Positions 46,262 through 54,410 are shown, numbered from the stretch's first letter. The stretch is DNA of 64,000 nt from Candidatus Giovannonibacteria bacterium RIFCSPHIGHO2_01_FULL_45_24 (GCA_001778495.1 MFHE01000010.1:55292-119291); one strand, 5' to 3'. A program made the numbers and translations. The notes: a model not told the origin generated them from the sequence alone.

Positions 46262-47773
46262 CTAAGCCCAATATCGTTTGCCCAAAAAGAAAATGAGAGC
46301 CGCCACTACGCCGACGCCGAGTCCAGCGAAAAGCCAGAAGTAATCTCTGCCCCAAAAAGCTCGCGTGCCTCCTGGGTTCTCAATATTTATTACGGAAGCT
46401 GTTTGGGAAAGCGGACTTTTGAGCGCGTCCGCCGGCTTTGCTGCCGAAGCAATGGGCGCTGTTTTTTTGGCGATTTCATTCTTTGCCCCAGGAGTTGCGC
46501 GAGCCACAATCCAAGCGTTGTTTTCAAAATTTAAGCTTTCCTCCTTAGCAAGCGCCAAAACCGGGTAATTTAAAGAAGACATAATGGAACCGTTTGGATA
46601 AATAAATTTTACTTCTCCCCCGTAAGCAGGTAGCAAGAAGCCGAGAGTGGTGGTGCCCAAAACCAGCGCCGCGTAAGGGGCAACAAATGTATTTTCTGAA
46701 AATGTAAATACTTTATCTCCGCATGAGAGGCCAAATCTTGATATTTCAATTTTCCGCGAGGAATTATTTTTGATTTCAATCCAGCCATCCGGCCCAGTTT
46801 TAATTTCTGAAATCGTGAGCGGGCTCGCCATGACAGCAATATTGACCGTATCCATTGCAGAATACTCGCCCGACGAAACATTCAAAGAAACTGTGTATAC
46901 GCCCGGATAAAGAAAAACGTGTCCAATTTTTTCGCCGTCTAAAATAGGCGAGCCATCACCGAAATTCCACGAAAATCTTGCGCCGTCCAAAGGCTCGCCG
47001 GCAAGGCCCTCCGCAAACCCGTCAAAAAATATTGTTGCCCCGGCTATCGCCGAGCGGTCCTCTCCCGCATAGGCCTTGATTTGCGCAACCGGCCTGGGCG
47101 CAACCGAACCACTGGTTTGAGTTTCAGAAACGGACGCGTCCGTAGCGTCGCTTTCTTCCGCTGGCGGCGTTGAGTCCGGAGCCGGATCGGATATAGTCCA
47201 GCCGATTATGCTTGCGCGCTGATTGAAATCGTTTAACTTTAAAACTTTTCCTTCGTATCCCCCGGAAATATCAATGAAAGCCCCGGCAGTCCAGATACCA
47301 GCGCTTGCGGCAGTTGTCTCCCAAGTTTTTTTTTCGGAACTCCCGGGATTATGGTATCTTACATAAGAAACAATTGTGTCCTTGGAATGAGTCGTGCTTG
47401 AAAAAAGCGCAAGCGAGCCGGAGGAATTTCCCATATTGCCGGAAGCGGCCGGAAAATATAAATTTGCGTCGTCGTCCGCGCCGCTTGCGCGGAGGTGGAT
47501 TTCAACTGACGCCCCGGCGTTCAAAACAAAGTCCGGAAAGGCAAAATAGCCAATGCCGTCCGGATATAAATGCCAGCCGGATAGATTTATCTGCGAAGCG
47601 CCAAAATTTTTTACGACAACGTATTCCAAACTCGTATCATTTACTCCAGCCGGGTCAGATAAGATTTCATATATCGCCACATCGCCAGCGGCCCCAAAAG
47701 CAAAATCTGCTCCGCCAAGCAACGCCATAACCAACAAAAACCGCCACCGTTTCATTACCGATGAGTTTAACAT
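46262..47773 (-). CDS. Secreted, membrane-anchored surface protein: signal peptide, lamin-tail domain (LTD), Ser/Thr/Pro-rich linker, PKD domain, second LTD, C-terminal TM anchor
   Basis: N-terminal signal peptide MKRWRFLLVMALLGGADFAFGAAG. VAIYEILSDP...EYVVVKNFGASQINLSGWHL and LTISEIKTGPDGWIEIKNNSSRKIEISRFGL are LTD-like. FSWNFGDGSPILDGEKIGHVFLYPGVYTVSLNV is PKD-like. The linker is DPAPDSTPPAEESDATDASVSETQTSGSVAPRP. C-terminal WLFAGLGVGVVAALIFFLGKRYWA. Confidence 0.6.
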   Translation of the reverse strand: MLNSSVMKRWRFLLVMALLGGADFAFGAAGDVAIYEILSDPAGVNDTSLEYVVVKNFGASQINLSGWHLYPDGIGYFAFPDFVLNAGASVEIHLRASGADDDANLYFPAASGNMGNSSGSLALFSSTTHSKDTIVSYVRYHNPGSSEKKTWETTAASAGIWTAGAFIDISGGYEGKVLKLNDFNQRASIIGWTISDPAPDSTPPAEESDATDASVSETQTSGSVAPRPVAQIKAYAGEDRSAIAGATIFFDGFAEGLAGEPLDGARFSWNFGDGSPILDGEKIGHVFLYPGVYTVSLNVSSGEYSAMDTVNIAVMASPLTISEIKTGPDGWIEIKNNSSRKIEISRFGLSCGDKVFTFSENTFVAPYAALVLGTTTLGFLLPAYGGEVKFIYPNGSIMSSLNYPVLALAKEESLNFENNAWIVARATPGAKNEIAKKTAPIASAAKPADALKSPLSQTASVINIENPGGTRAFWGRDYFWLFAGLGVGVVAALIFFLGKRYWA

Positions 47774-47790
47774 AGCAAAATTTTACAATC

Positions 47791-47825
47791 AATAAAAAAA
47801 CGCTCGGGGGTTACTCCCTCAAGCG
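47791..47825 (-). terminator. Rho-independent terminator downstream of secD
   Basis: Minus strand: CGCUUGAGGG-aguaa-CCCCCGAGCG (9/10 bp) followed by UUUUUUUAUUG. Confidence 0.5.
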
Positions 47826-47888
47826 CATGAGATCAAAAAACTACATGCTAGCAAAAATCAATGTTGGCGTCAAGCTCTCCAGCCAAAA

Positions 47889-49160
47889 CTATTTTGAAAG
47901 TCCAGCGCTGAAGAGGAAGCGGGTCAGGCGGCCGGTGCCGGTATGCGGCAAAGAGCGCAAAAAATAGCGGGAGGCGGTAATTGCTGAAAACATACTTACC
48001 AAAATTCCCAGCCCCAGAGTTAATGCGAACCCGCGCACCAAGCTTGTGCCGAAATAATAAAGAATCGCGGCGGTAATCAAACTGGAAACATTTGAGTCGC
48101 GTATGGACGTCCATGCCCGGCGGAAGCCCTCGGCCATCGCCGTATCCAGCGACCGCCCGGAACGGAGCTCCTCTTTCATGCGCTCAAATATCAAAATATT
48201 GGCGTCCACCGCCATACCCACCGACAAAATAAATCCGGCAATGCCCGCGGACGAAAGCGTCACCGGAATCAATTTAAACAAAAGCAAAGTAATCGCGCCG
48301 TAAACGCCGAGCGCCAAAACCGAGATGACGCCGGGAAGCCGGTACCATAAAATCATAAAGAGCATGACGGCGAGCGTCCCGTAAATCGCGGCGCGCAGGC
48401 TTTTTATAAGCGCGTCCTTGCCCAAAGAAGCGCCGACGCTTTCCTGCGAAAGCAAGGTGATTGGAACCGGCAGCGCTCCGGCGTTAAACCGTCTAACCAG
48501 CTGTTTCGCTTCCTCCAGAGTGAATCGCCCGGTTATCTGCGCCTGGCCGCCGCTAATGCGCTCCTGCACCACCGGCGCGCTGATTGGAGCGCCGTCCAAA
48601 AAAATAGCCACTGGGCTGCCGACATTTTTCTCGGTAATCCTTTCAAATATTTCCGCGCCCTCGTCGTTAAACTCCAAAAAAATCTGCGGCTCGCCCAAAT
48701 TTTGCTCAAAACTCAAAGAGGCGCGCTTTAAATACCTGCCGGTCAGATTCGTGGCCACGAAACCTTCCCCTTTTAATTCCCTAAATTCCAAATAGGGCGT
48801 TTCGCCAATCGCTTTTATGGCCTCTTTTATGTCAAAAACGCCCGCAAGCTCCACAATGAGCCGCCGCTCTCCTCCGACGTTTTCCGTCTGCACAACCGGT
48901 TCGGAGACGCCGAAAAGATTTACGCGCCTTTCAATAACATCCCGCACTCCGGCCATAGCCTCGCTGGCTTCGGCGGAAGAAACCAAAGATATGTCCGCGC
49001 GGTAAACCAAGTGCGCTCCGCCCTGCAAATCCAGCCCCAGCCGGAACGGCCACCGCAAAAAATCCGGCAAAAACCGTGCCTGCCTGCCGGCAGGTAGGTC
49101 GTAAAGCCCCGCCAAAACGCCGAGAAGTAAAATGATTAATGCCAAAACACGAATTTTCAT
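47889..49160 (-). CDS. secD: Protein translocase subunit SecD
   Basis: GLDLQGGAHLVY signature, periplasmic domain, six C-terminal TM helices (...LSVGMAVDANILIFERMKEE...). Confidence 0.8.
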   Translation of the reverse strand: MKIRVLALIILLLGVLAGLYDLPAGRQARFLPDFLRWPFRLGLDLQGGAHLVYRADISLVSSAEASEAMAGVRDVIERRVNLFGVSEPVVQTENVGGERRLIVELAGVFDIKEAIKAIGETPYLEFRELKGEGFVATNLTGRYLKRASLSFEQNLGEPQIFLEFNDEGAEIFERITEKNVGSPVAIFLDGAPISAPVVQERISGGQAQITGRFTLEEAKQLVRRFNAGALPVPITLLSQESVGASLGKDALIKSLRAAIYGTLAVMLFMILWYRLPGVISVLALGVYGAITLLLFKLIPVTLSSAGIAGFILSVGMAVDANILIFERMKEELRSGRSLDTAMAEGFRRAWTSIRDSNVSSLITAAILYYFGTSLVRGFALTLGLGILVSMFSAITASRYFLRSLPHTGTGRLTRFLFSAGLSK

Positions 49161-49234
49161 ATATCTTGATAATTTACAGCAAGTTTGCTAATTTGCCAAT
49201 AGAAGAAAATTTACAAAGAGAGGAGAAACAAGTA

Positions 49235-49762
49235 ATGGATATGGGTATAAAAATTTCCATAATCGTTGCGATGGCAAAAAATAGCAAGGTGATCGGGCAA
49301 TCCGGAGAAGTCCCTTGGCGTCTGTCTGCCGACCTTAAGCGCTTTAAAGAGTTGACCTTGGGGCACGCGGTGATAGTCGGGAGAAAAACACATGAATCGA
49401 TACTGAAGCGGCTTGGTAAACCCCTGCCTAACCGAAAAACCATTGTGCTGACCAGGCAACAGGGCCGGCACGCCGGCGGATGCCTAGTTGCGCATTCATG
49501 GAAAGAGGCGCTGAAGCTGGCCGAGGGCGAAGAAGAAATATTCGTCATCGGCGGAGCGGAAATATATAAGCTGGCGCTTCCCTACACCGACACTATTCAC
49601 TTAACACTGGTGCATGCCGACGTAGCCGGCGACGTTTTTTTCCAGAACTTTAACGCGCTGGAGTGGGAGTGGACCGACTACGAACCGCGGCCAAAAAACG
49701 AAAAGAACGAATACAATTTCACTTGGTGGCGTCTCAAAAGAAAATATAGGAAAGGAGAATAA
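49235..49762 (+). CDS. folA: Dihydrofolate reductase
   Basis: ISIIVAMAKNSKVIGQSGEVPWRLSADLKRFKELTLGHAVIVGRKTHESI is the classic DHFR N-terminus. AGGAGA Shine-Dalgarno 8 nt upstream of the ATG at 49235. The track ORF starts at 49139, but the internal Met with an RBS is preferred. Confidence 0.8.
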   Translation: MDMGIKISIIVAMAKNSKVIGQSGEVPWRLSADLKRFKELTLGHAVIVGRKTHESILKRLGKPLPNRKTIVLTRQQGRHAGGCLVAHSWKEALKLAEGEEEIFVIGGAEIYKLALPYTDTIHLTLVHADVAGDVFFQNFNALEWEWTDYEPRPKNEKNEYNFTWWRLKRKYRKGE

Positions 49763-49764
49763 AG

Positions 49765-50364
49765 ATGCGCAAGATTAAGAAACCTAACTTCCAGAACAAT
49801 TCCTTGTCAGACCTGGTTCTCACCCTTCAGAAAAAGGTCGTTCGCGATTACCGAACCCTCACAAAAATCGTGGACGGGCTCCGCGCGGCCGGCTATAAAA
49901 TAGTGCTCACGATCGGTTCCTGGGATATGCTCCATATCGGGCATGTCCGCTATCTCATCGCCGGAAAAAATAGAGGAAATATCCTGGTGGTGGGGACCGA
50001 CAGCGACCGCATAGTTAAAAAAACCAAGGGCGCGCACCGCCCCATCATTCCTGAAGAGGAACGGATGGAAATGTTGAGTTATCAGCTCCCCGTTGACTTT
50101 GTAACGCTGCTTGATGACATGGATGAGCAAGGGAGATGGAAATGCGACCTTTTGAAGTGCATCCGGCCAGATGTGTTCATAGCGGTTAAGGGAAACAGCT
50201 ATTCAGCGAAGCAGAAGCGGGAGATAAAGAAATACTGCCGCAAGCTGATAGTGCTCCCGAGGCAAGCGGAAAACACCTCCAGCACTACCATCATCCAAAA
50301 CGCTTTTAAAAAAAATCTCTCCGGCTTGATGGAAATTTTAGACACGAGAGGGGGCAAGCCATGA
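49765..50364 (+). CDS. Cytidylyltransferase-like nucleotidyltransferase (TagD/RfaE-domain-II-like HxGH fold)
   Basis: KIVLTIGSWDMLHIGHVRYL...ILVVGTDSD matches G.FD..H.GH....vgv.sD. Confidence 0.55.
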   Translation: MRKIKKPNFQNNSLSDLVLTLQKKVVRDYRTLTKIVDGLRAAGYKIVLTIGSWDMLHIGHVRYLIAGKNRGNILVVGTDSDRIVKKTKGAHRPIIPEEERMEMLSYQLPVDFVTLLDDMDEQGRWKCDLLKCIRPDVFIAVKGNSYSAKQKREIKKYCRKLIVLPRQAENTSSTTIIQNAFKKNLSGLMEILDTRGGKP

Positions 50365-51173
50365 AAACCCTCCTTGTGCTTTACATTCCGGTCATCCACC
50401 AGGGCTATATCAAGCTCTTTGAGAAATACTCCAGACAAGTTGACGGGCTCATGGTTCTTGGAGAAACCCTGGTAGAAGAATGTAAATTTCTGGAACGGGA
50501 AATCCGCGCACTTGACCCTTTGACGATGAGGAGAATCATCGCGAGCATGGGGTTTTTTAAAAAAGTGGAAATTCTGGAGGATTACGCGGTAAAACTGCTG
50601 GAAGGCTCCGAAGTCATCACAAGCAGGGAATGCATCACCAGGCGCTTCGCCGAAAAATACCTGACCGCAAGCCGAGTTCGCTATGATTCCTCATTCCTGC
50701 GCTGGGATGAAAGCCACATTGTCTCTCGAACAGACATAAAATACGACAGAAAGTCCGCGGATCCTTTTGACCGAGAGATTGTGCGCCAAGCGACAGAGGA
50801 AGGCGAGAAAAGCCCGGATTGGTGGCGCCAAGTGGGAGCAGTGGCAGTAAAAAATGGGGTGGTGATTGGAAAAGCCCATAACAAAGACCCTATAAGCGAA
50901 TACAGACCTTATGCTTTCGGAAACATAAGGGACTTCGTTGAAGCCGGCCAGCATAGCGAAATCACTCCGACAATCCACGCGGAACAAGTTTTGGCGGCGA
51001 AGGGCGGAATAAAAGAAGCTGATATTTACGTGTCTGTGTTCCCGTGCATCACCTGTTCCGGCATACTTGCCGAAGCCGGCATCAAACGATGCTTCTTCGC
51101 CTCCGGAAACGCCTATCTGGATGTTGAGAACATCCTTAAAGCCAGAGGCATTGAACTGATTTTTGTGAAATAA
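50361..51173 (+). CDS. dCMP/cytidine deaminase-family zinc enzyme with an ~130-aa N-terminal extension of unknown function
   Basis: C-terminal VGAVAVKNGVVIGKAHN...HAEQVLAAKGG...FPCITCSGILAEAGIK has the H-A-E / P-C-x-x-C zinc motifs. 4-nt ATGA overlap with the upstream gene. Confidence 0.6.
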   Translation: MKTLLVLYIPVIHQGYIKLFEKYSRQVDGLMVLGETLVEECKFLEREIRALDPLTMRRIIASMGFFKKVEILEDYAVKLLEGSEVITSRECITRRFAEKYLTASRVRYDSSFLRWDESHIVSRTDIKYDRKSADPFDREIVRQATEEGEKSPDWWRQVGAVAVKNGVVIGKAHNKDPISEYRPYAFGNIRDFVEAGQHSEITPTIHAEQVLAAKGGIKEADIYVSVFPCITCSGILAEAGIKRCFFASGNAYLDVENILKARGIELIFVK

Positions 51174-51220
51174 AAAAAGCCCGGCCAGCTGCAGCGCAGC
51201 CGCCGGGTCGTTTTATTTTT
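51172..51220. terminator. Bidirectional rho-independent terminator between convergent genes
   Basis: AAAAAAA-GCCCGGC-cagcugcagcgcagc-GCCGGGU-cgUUUUAUUUUU. Confidence 0.5.
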
Positions 51221-51223
51221 GCT

Positions 51224-51661
51224 TCAACCAATCGGGAAATTCACCACAAGCGCCTTGCCTCTTCTACCCAATTTAGGAACTATAAGATGAAAGTGGAGAT
51301 GGCGTACAGTCGCCCCCGTGTGAGCCGTGTCCCCGAAGCGCAGACTTAGCGCGCCGCCAGCTATGCCAAATCTCTTAATGGCCCAACGGAGGAGGAAAAG
51401 TATGTCGTGAAAATCCACGGCCGTTAATCTCTGCACCTTATCCGTGTGCTTTCCTCCAATAATGAGAAAGTGGAATTTGGCATTTTTATAAGGCCAGGCT
51501 GCTTCCGTGATTAACCATCTGCCGTAACGCCGCAGAAGCGGCTTTCTGTGCCACCTAAAATTCTTCGGGCAAAATGGGCATTTGCCTCCGGCAGCAATTT
51601 CTTTAAGGACGGCGCGGTAGTCCTCACTTCTGGCGTTTTTCGGGTCAACAACATCTCCCAT
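51224..51661 (-). CDS. HIT-family nucleotide hydrolase/transferase
   Basis: GATVRHLHFHLIVP is a histidine-triad HxHxHxx motif. N-terminal CPFCP. Confidence 0.6.
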   Translation of the reverse strand: MGDVVDPKNARSEDYRAVLKEIAAGGKCPFCPKNFRWHRKPLLRRYGRWLITEAAWPYKNAKFHFLIIGGKHTDKVQRLTAVDFHDILFLLRWAIKRFGIAGGALSLRFGDTAHTGATVRHLHFHLIVPKLGRRGKALVVNFPIG

Positions 51662-51701
51662 TAATGCATTTTATCACATCGATTGCCATCTTACATATGA
51701 A

Positions 51702-52535
51702 TCACACCCCCACTGGAATCCCTTTGATGGGCGGGTGCGGGTCATAGCCATCCAGCGTGAAATCCTCAAACCTAAATGAAAACAGATCCTTTGTTTCCTG
51801 GTTCAACTTTACCCGCGGAAGCGGCCGGGGATCACGCGAGAACTGAAGTTTGGCAAACTCAACCTGGTCAAAGTAAATATGGACGTCGGAGAGATGATGC
51901 ACAAACTCTATCGGCTTCAAACCCACGACCTGCGCTACCATCCGAAGCAAAAGCGCGTACTCGGCAATGTTAAAAGGTACGCCAACGAGAAGATCGGCGC
52001 TCCGTTGCCAGAGATTCAGGTAAAGCCCGCCCTCCGCCACGGTAAATTTGAATATCACATGGCATGGAGCAATAAACACTTTATCAATATCTTCTGGGTT
52101 CCAGGCCGTGACCGTCATGCGCTTTGAATCCGGAAAATTTGTGATCTCGTGGAGTACATTACTGATTTGGTCAATCTCGCCGCCATCCCGCGTTCTCCAA
52201 TGACGCCATTGAGGCCCATAAATCGGGCCGAGTTTCCTCGGCCCAAGACCATAACGAGCGCATATCTCCGGAGCTGCCCAAGAATCCCAAAGGTGAACCC
52301 CGTTTTTATGCAGCTCGGAGACGTCATCAGAGCCAGACAAAAACCATAAAAGTTCGTGTACCATCGCTTTCCAAGAACCCTTCAAGCTTCTTGTGGTAAT
52401 AAGCGGAAAACCATCCTCCATCCGAAAACGCATCTCATACCCCGGGTATACGATAGTGCCTGGCCCTTGGACGCTCGACATTCTTTTCTTCCCTTTGGTC
52501 AGAACCGTGTCAATCAAATTCAGAAACTGCTCCAT
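51702..52535 (-). CDS. thyA: Thymidylate synthase (ThyA-type)
   Basis: LGPIYGPQWRHWR, FIAPCHVIFKF (catalytic Cys) and SADLLVGVPFNIAEYALL are canonical ThyA motifs. Confidence 0.85.
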   Translation of the reverse strand: MEQFLNLIDTVLTKGKKRMSSVQGPGTIVYPGYEMRFRMEDGFPLITTRSLKGSWKAMVHELLWFLSGSDDVSELHKNGVHLWDSWAAPEICARYGLGPRKLGPIYGPQWRHWRTRDGGEIDQISNVLHEITNFPDSKRMTVTAWNPEDIDKVFIAPCHVIFKFTVAEGGLYLNLWQRSADLLVGVPFNIAEYALLLRMVAQVVGLKPIEFVHHLSDVHIYFDQVEFAKLQFSRDPRPLPRVKLNQETKDLFSFRFEDFTLDGYDPHPPIKGIPVGV

Positions 52536-52578
52536 GATTTATTCCTCCTATATTTCAGCAGCGTTGGCATTCGGTTAG

Positions 52579-52609
52579 AAATCTAAAAATCTTTTCAAAT
52601 CCTAGCAAA
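52579..52609 (-). promoter_or_regulatory. Conserved upstream motif (minus strand TTTGCTAGGATTTGAAAAGATTTTTAGATTT) 5' of thyA; copy 1 of 4
   Basis: Similar blocks recur 5' of the Nudix-like gene, the Tmk-like gene and gyrB. Confidence 0.3.
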
Positions 52610-52613
52610 TTTT

Positions 52614-52652
52614 AAATAAAAAAACAAGCCCCGCTACAACAGCACGGGCTTG
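52614..52652 (-). terminator. Rho-independent terminator whose stem includes the last codons (IKPVLL*) of the Nudix-like gene
   Basis: Minus strand: CAAGCCC-gugcuguuguagcg-GGGCUUG followed by UUUUUUUAUUUAA. Confidence 0.5.
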
Positions 52653-53266
52653 ATGGATTGGAGATGCAGAAGTAAAATCTGCGACCAAGATTCAAGAGAT
52701 TTTTTCTTTTTCAAAACCTCCGGAAGCGCAACGAACCGCCCGCCCCTCTCGGCCAACTCTTCGCCGACTCCCTCAAACCCATCGATCTCTATTTTATAAA
52801 CCAACCCAAGATGCACCCTGTCCACCGGCGGGTCGCTGCTGCAGATGAATCCTGCGAAGCTTCGGGAAATCAGATTTTGGAAGTGAAGCTCCTCGCAAAG
52901 TTCCCGATCTGCGCCGGCGACAAGCCCCTCGTATGAAGGATCGCCGTTGTTGAATTCAAAAAAATCTTTTCGCTCAATATGTCCGCCGACTCCTACGGAA
53001 AAAAGCCCTGAAAGCCGCTTCTCTCCAATATTTTCTCCGCGCTGATAGATGAAAATCCTTCCCCGCTGGTCAAATACGAGCTGGTAAGAGATAAAATGCC
53101 TCCAGCTTTCGTCTGCCTCAAGCGCGTCGTTGCGCACGCGGAAGCTGGCTACTTTCAAAAGTTTCTTCAGCGTCGCTTCAGTTCCTTCAGAGAATGGGCT
53201 GGAAATCAAATACGCTTTTAGTATTTGAACATCAACTCCAATAATAGGTTGCCCTTTGCTAGACAT
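52634..53266 (-). CDS. NUDIX-like hydrolase with an atypical Nudix box
   Basis: GDPSYEGLVAGADRELCEELHF reads G-x4-E-x7-RE-L-x-EE-L-H-F, one residue short in the first spacer and with H for the conserved G. AAAGGAG RBS. Confidence 0.4.
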   Translation of the reverse strand: MSSKGQPIIGVDVQILKAYLISSPFSEGTEATLKKLLKVASFRVRNDALEADESWRHFISYQLVFDQRGRIFIYQRGENIGEKRLSGLFSVGVGGHIERKDFFEFNNGDPSYEGLVAGADRELCEELHFQNLISRSFAGFICSSDPPVDRVHLGLVYKIEIDGFEGVGEELAERGGRFVALPEVLKKKKSLESWSQILLLHLQSIKPVLL

Positions 53267-53294
53267 AATTTGCTCCTTTCACTCAAAATAACGC

Positions 53295-53319
53295 AAATCT
53301 TATTCAAACTTAGCAAACC
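53295..53319 (-). promoter_or_regulatory. Conserved upstream motif (TTTGCTAAGTTTGAATAAGATTT) 5' of the Nudix-like gene; copy 2
   Basis: See 52579..52609. Confidence 0.3.
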
Positions 53320-53369
53320 TATTCCGCAATATCAATGCCCATTGAGCAGGCTGTGCCTTCGATAATTTT
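53319..53369 (-). pseudogene. Duplicated, degenerate 3'-end fragment of rplK (last ~16 codons)
   Basis: Minus frame KIIEGTACSMGIDIAE* versus the true rplK end [16 protein letters not shown]. About 73% nt identity over 51 nt, followed by the same downstream motif. Confidence 0.4.
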
Positions 53370-53370
53370 T

Positions 53371-53407
53371 TAAATAAAAAAACAAGCCCTGTTAGAGCAA
53401 GGGCTTG
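53371..53407 (-). terminator. Rho-independent terminator whose stem includes the last codons (IKPLL*) of the Tmk-like gene
   Basis: CAAGCCC-uugcucuaaca-GGGCUUG followed by UUUUUUUAUUUAA. Confidence 0.5.
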
Positions 53408-53943
53408 ATGGCGGCGATGGCCGAGGAAAGCACTTCTTCCCAGGACACACCATCGAAGTTGATCACATGAATATTGCCAAAACATTTTGCCTCGGCAAGC
53501 CGGATATAATTAGAATCCTCCGGCGCGTCTAAAATTATAGAAAGATGCGGGAAAATCATTTCTTCGCCGATAATCTCCCGATGCAATTGCAGGCATTGTT
53601 CCAAAGAGCCGTCCAACATCCCGTGAGCGAGCGTGGAAAGCCAATATCCGACAGAGAGCACGCAGTTCCCCAGCAGAATATGGGGCCGGATGCAGGTTTT
53701 GATGTGTTCAAGCCGGTCTTCAACGCACAGCCGCCGAAACTCATAATTTGTCTTGGGCGCGGGCAGTTTTCCGTCAATAATTTTCCGAATACGATGTCCA
53801 ATAATCCCGTCGCTCGGCTCTTTTACCGCCACGGCGGCCAAACCCAGCTCAACGGCAAAGTAAACCTCCAGCTCATCTGAAAGTGCTTTTTGGGCAACGT
53901 TACTAACTCCTTCAATAGCGACAAACAGCGGAGTTTTTTTCAT
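53392..53943 (-). CDS. Thymidylate kinase (Tmk) homolog with degenerate P-loop and DRY motifs
   Basis: FVAIEGVSNVAQKA, where Tmk has IEGxDGxGKST. EFRRLCVEDRLEHIKTCIRPHILLGNCVLSVGYWLSTLAHG aligns with the Tmk LMFAADR..H....I.PAL..G..VI.DRH..ST.AYQ block, but DR(H/Y) is replaced by GYW. The start is moved to the ATG at 53941-53943, preceded by GGAGGA (the track uses an upstream TTG). Confidence 0.55.
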   Translation of the reverse strand: MKKTPLFVAIEGVSNVAQKALSDELEVYFAVELGLAAVAVKEPSDGIIGHRIRKIIDGKLPAPKTNYEFRRLCVEDRLEHIKTCIRPHILLGNCVLSVGYWLSTLAHGMLDGSLEQCLQLHREIIGEEMIFPHLSIILDAPEDSNYIRLAEAKCFGNIHVINFDGVSWEEVLSSAIAAIKPLL

Positions 53944-53958
53944 ATATCCTCCGATTAG

Positions 53959-53983
53959 GAATCTCTGAATAAATTCTAGCAAA
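53959..53983 (-). promoter_or_regulatory. Conserved upstream motif (TTTGCTAGAATTTATTCAGAGATTC) 5' of the Tmk-like gene; copy 3
   Basis: See 52579..52609. Confidence 0.3.
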
Positions 53984-53984
53984 T

Positions 53985-54410
53985 CTACTCCGTAACCTCA
54001 ATCCCCATGTTGCGGGCGGTGCCTTCTATGATTTTCATGGCCGCCTCAACGTCATTGGCGTTTAGGTCTTCCATTTTCCGTTCCGCAATCTCGCGGATTT
54101 TAGCGCGCGAAACTTTGCCGACTTTGCCCGCAAGAGAATTTGCCGCGCCTTTTTCAACCCCTGCGGCTTTGCGCAAAAGGTCGGAGGCCGGCGGCGTCTT
54201 TAATTTAAAATCAAAAGTCCGGTCTTGGTAGATTGTAATTTCCGCGGGGATGATGTCACCTCCCATTTGGGCGGTGGCTGCGTTGAATTTGCTGACGAAC
54301 TCTCCAATGTTCACTCCGTGCTGGCCCAGCGCCGGGCCCAAAGGAGGAGCAGGGGTGGCTTTGCCCGCCGGCAGCTGAATTTTTATTATTGTTTTTATTG
54401 CTTTTGCCAT
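53985..54410 (-). CDS. rplK: 50S ribosomal protein L11
   Basis: [43 protein letters not shown]... is unmistakable L11. Confidence 0.9.
   Translation of the reverse strand: MAKAIKTIIKIQLPAGKATPAPPLGPALGQHGVNIGEFVSKFNAATAQMGGDIIPAEITIYQDRTFDFKLKTPPASDLLRKAAGVEKGAANSLAGKVGKVSRAKIREIAERKMEDLNANDVEAAMKIIEGTARNMGIEVTE

Noticed and set aside
47848-48114. 88-aa minus-strand ORF overlapping the 3' end of secD
   Set aside because: Out-of-frame shadow of secD and its terminator region.
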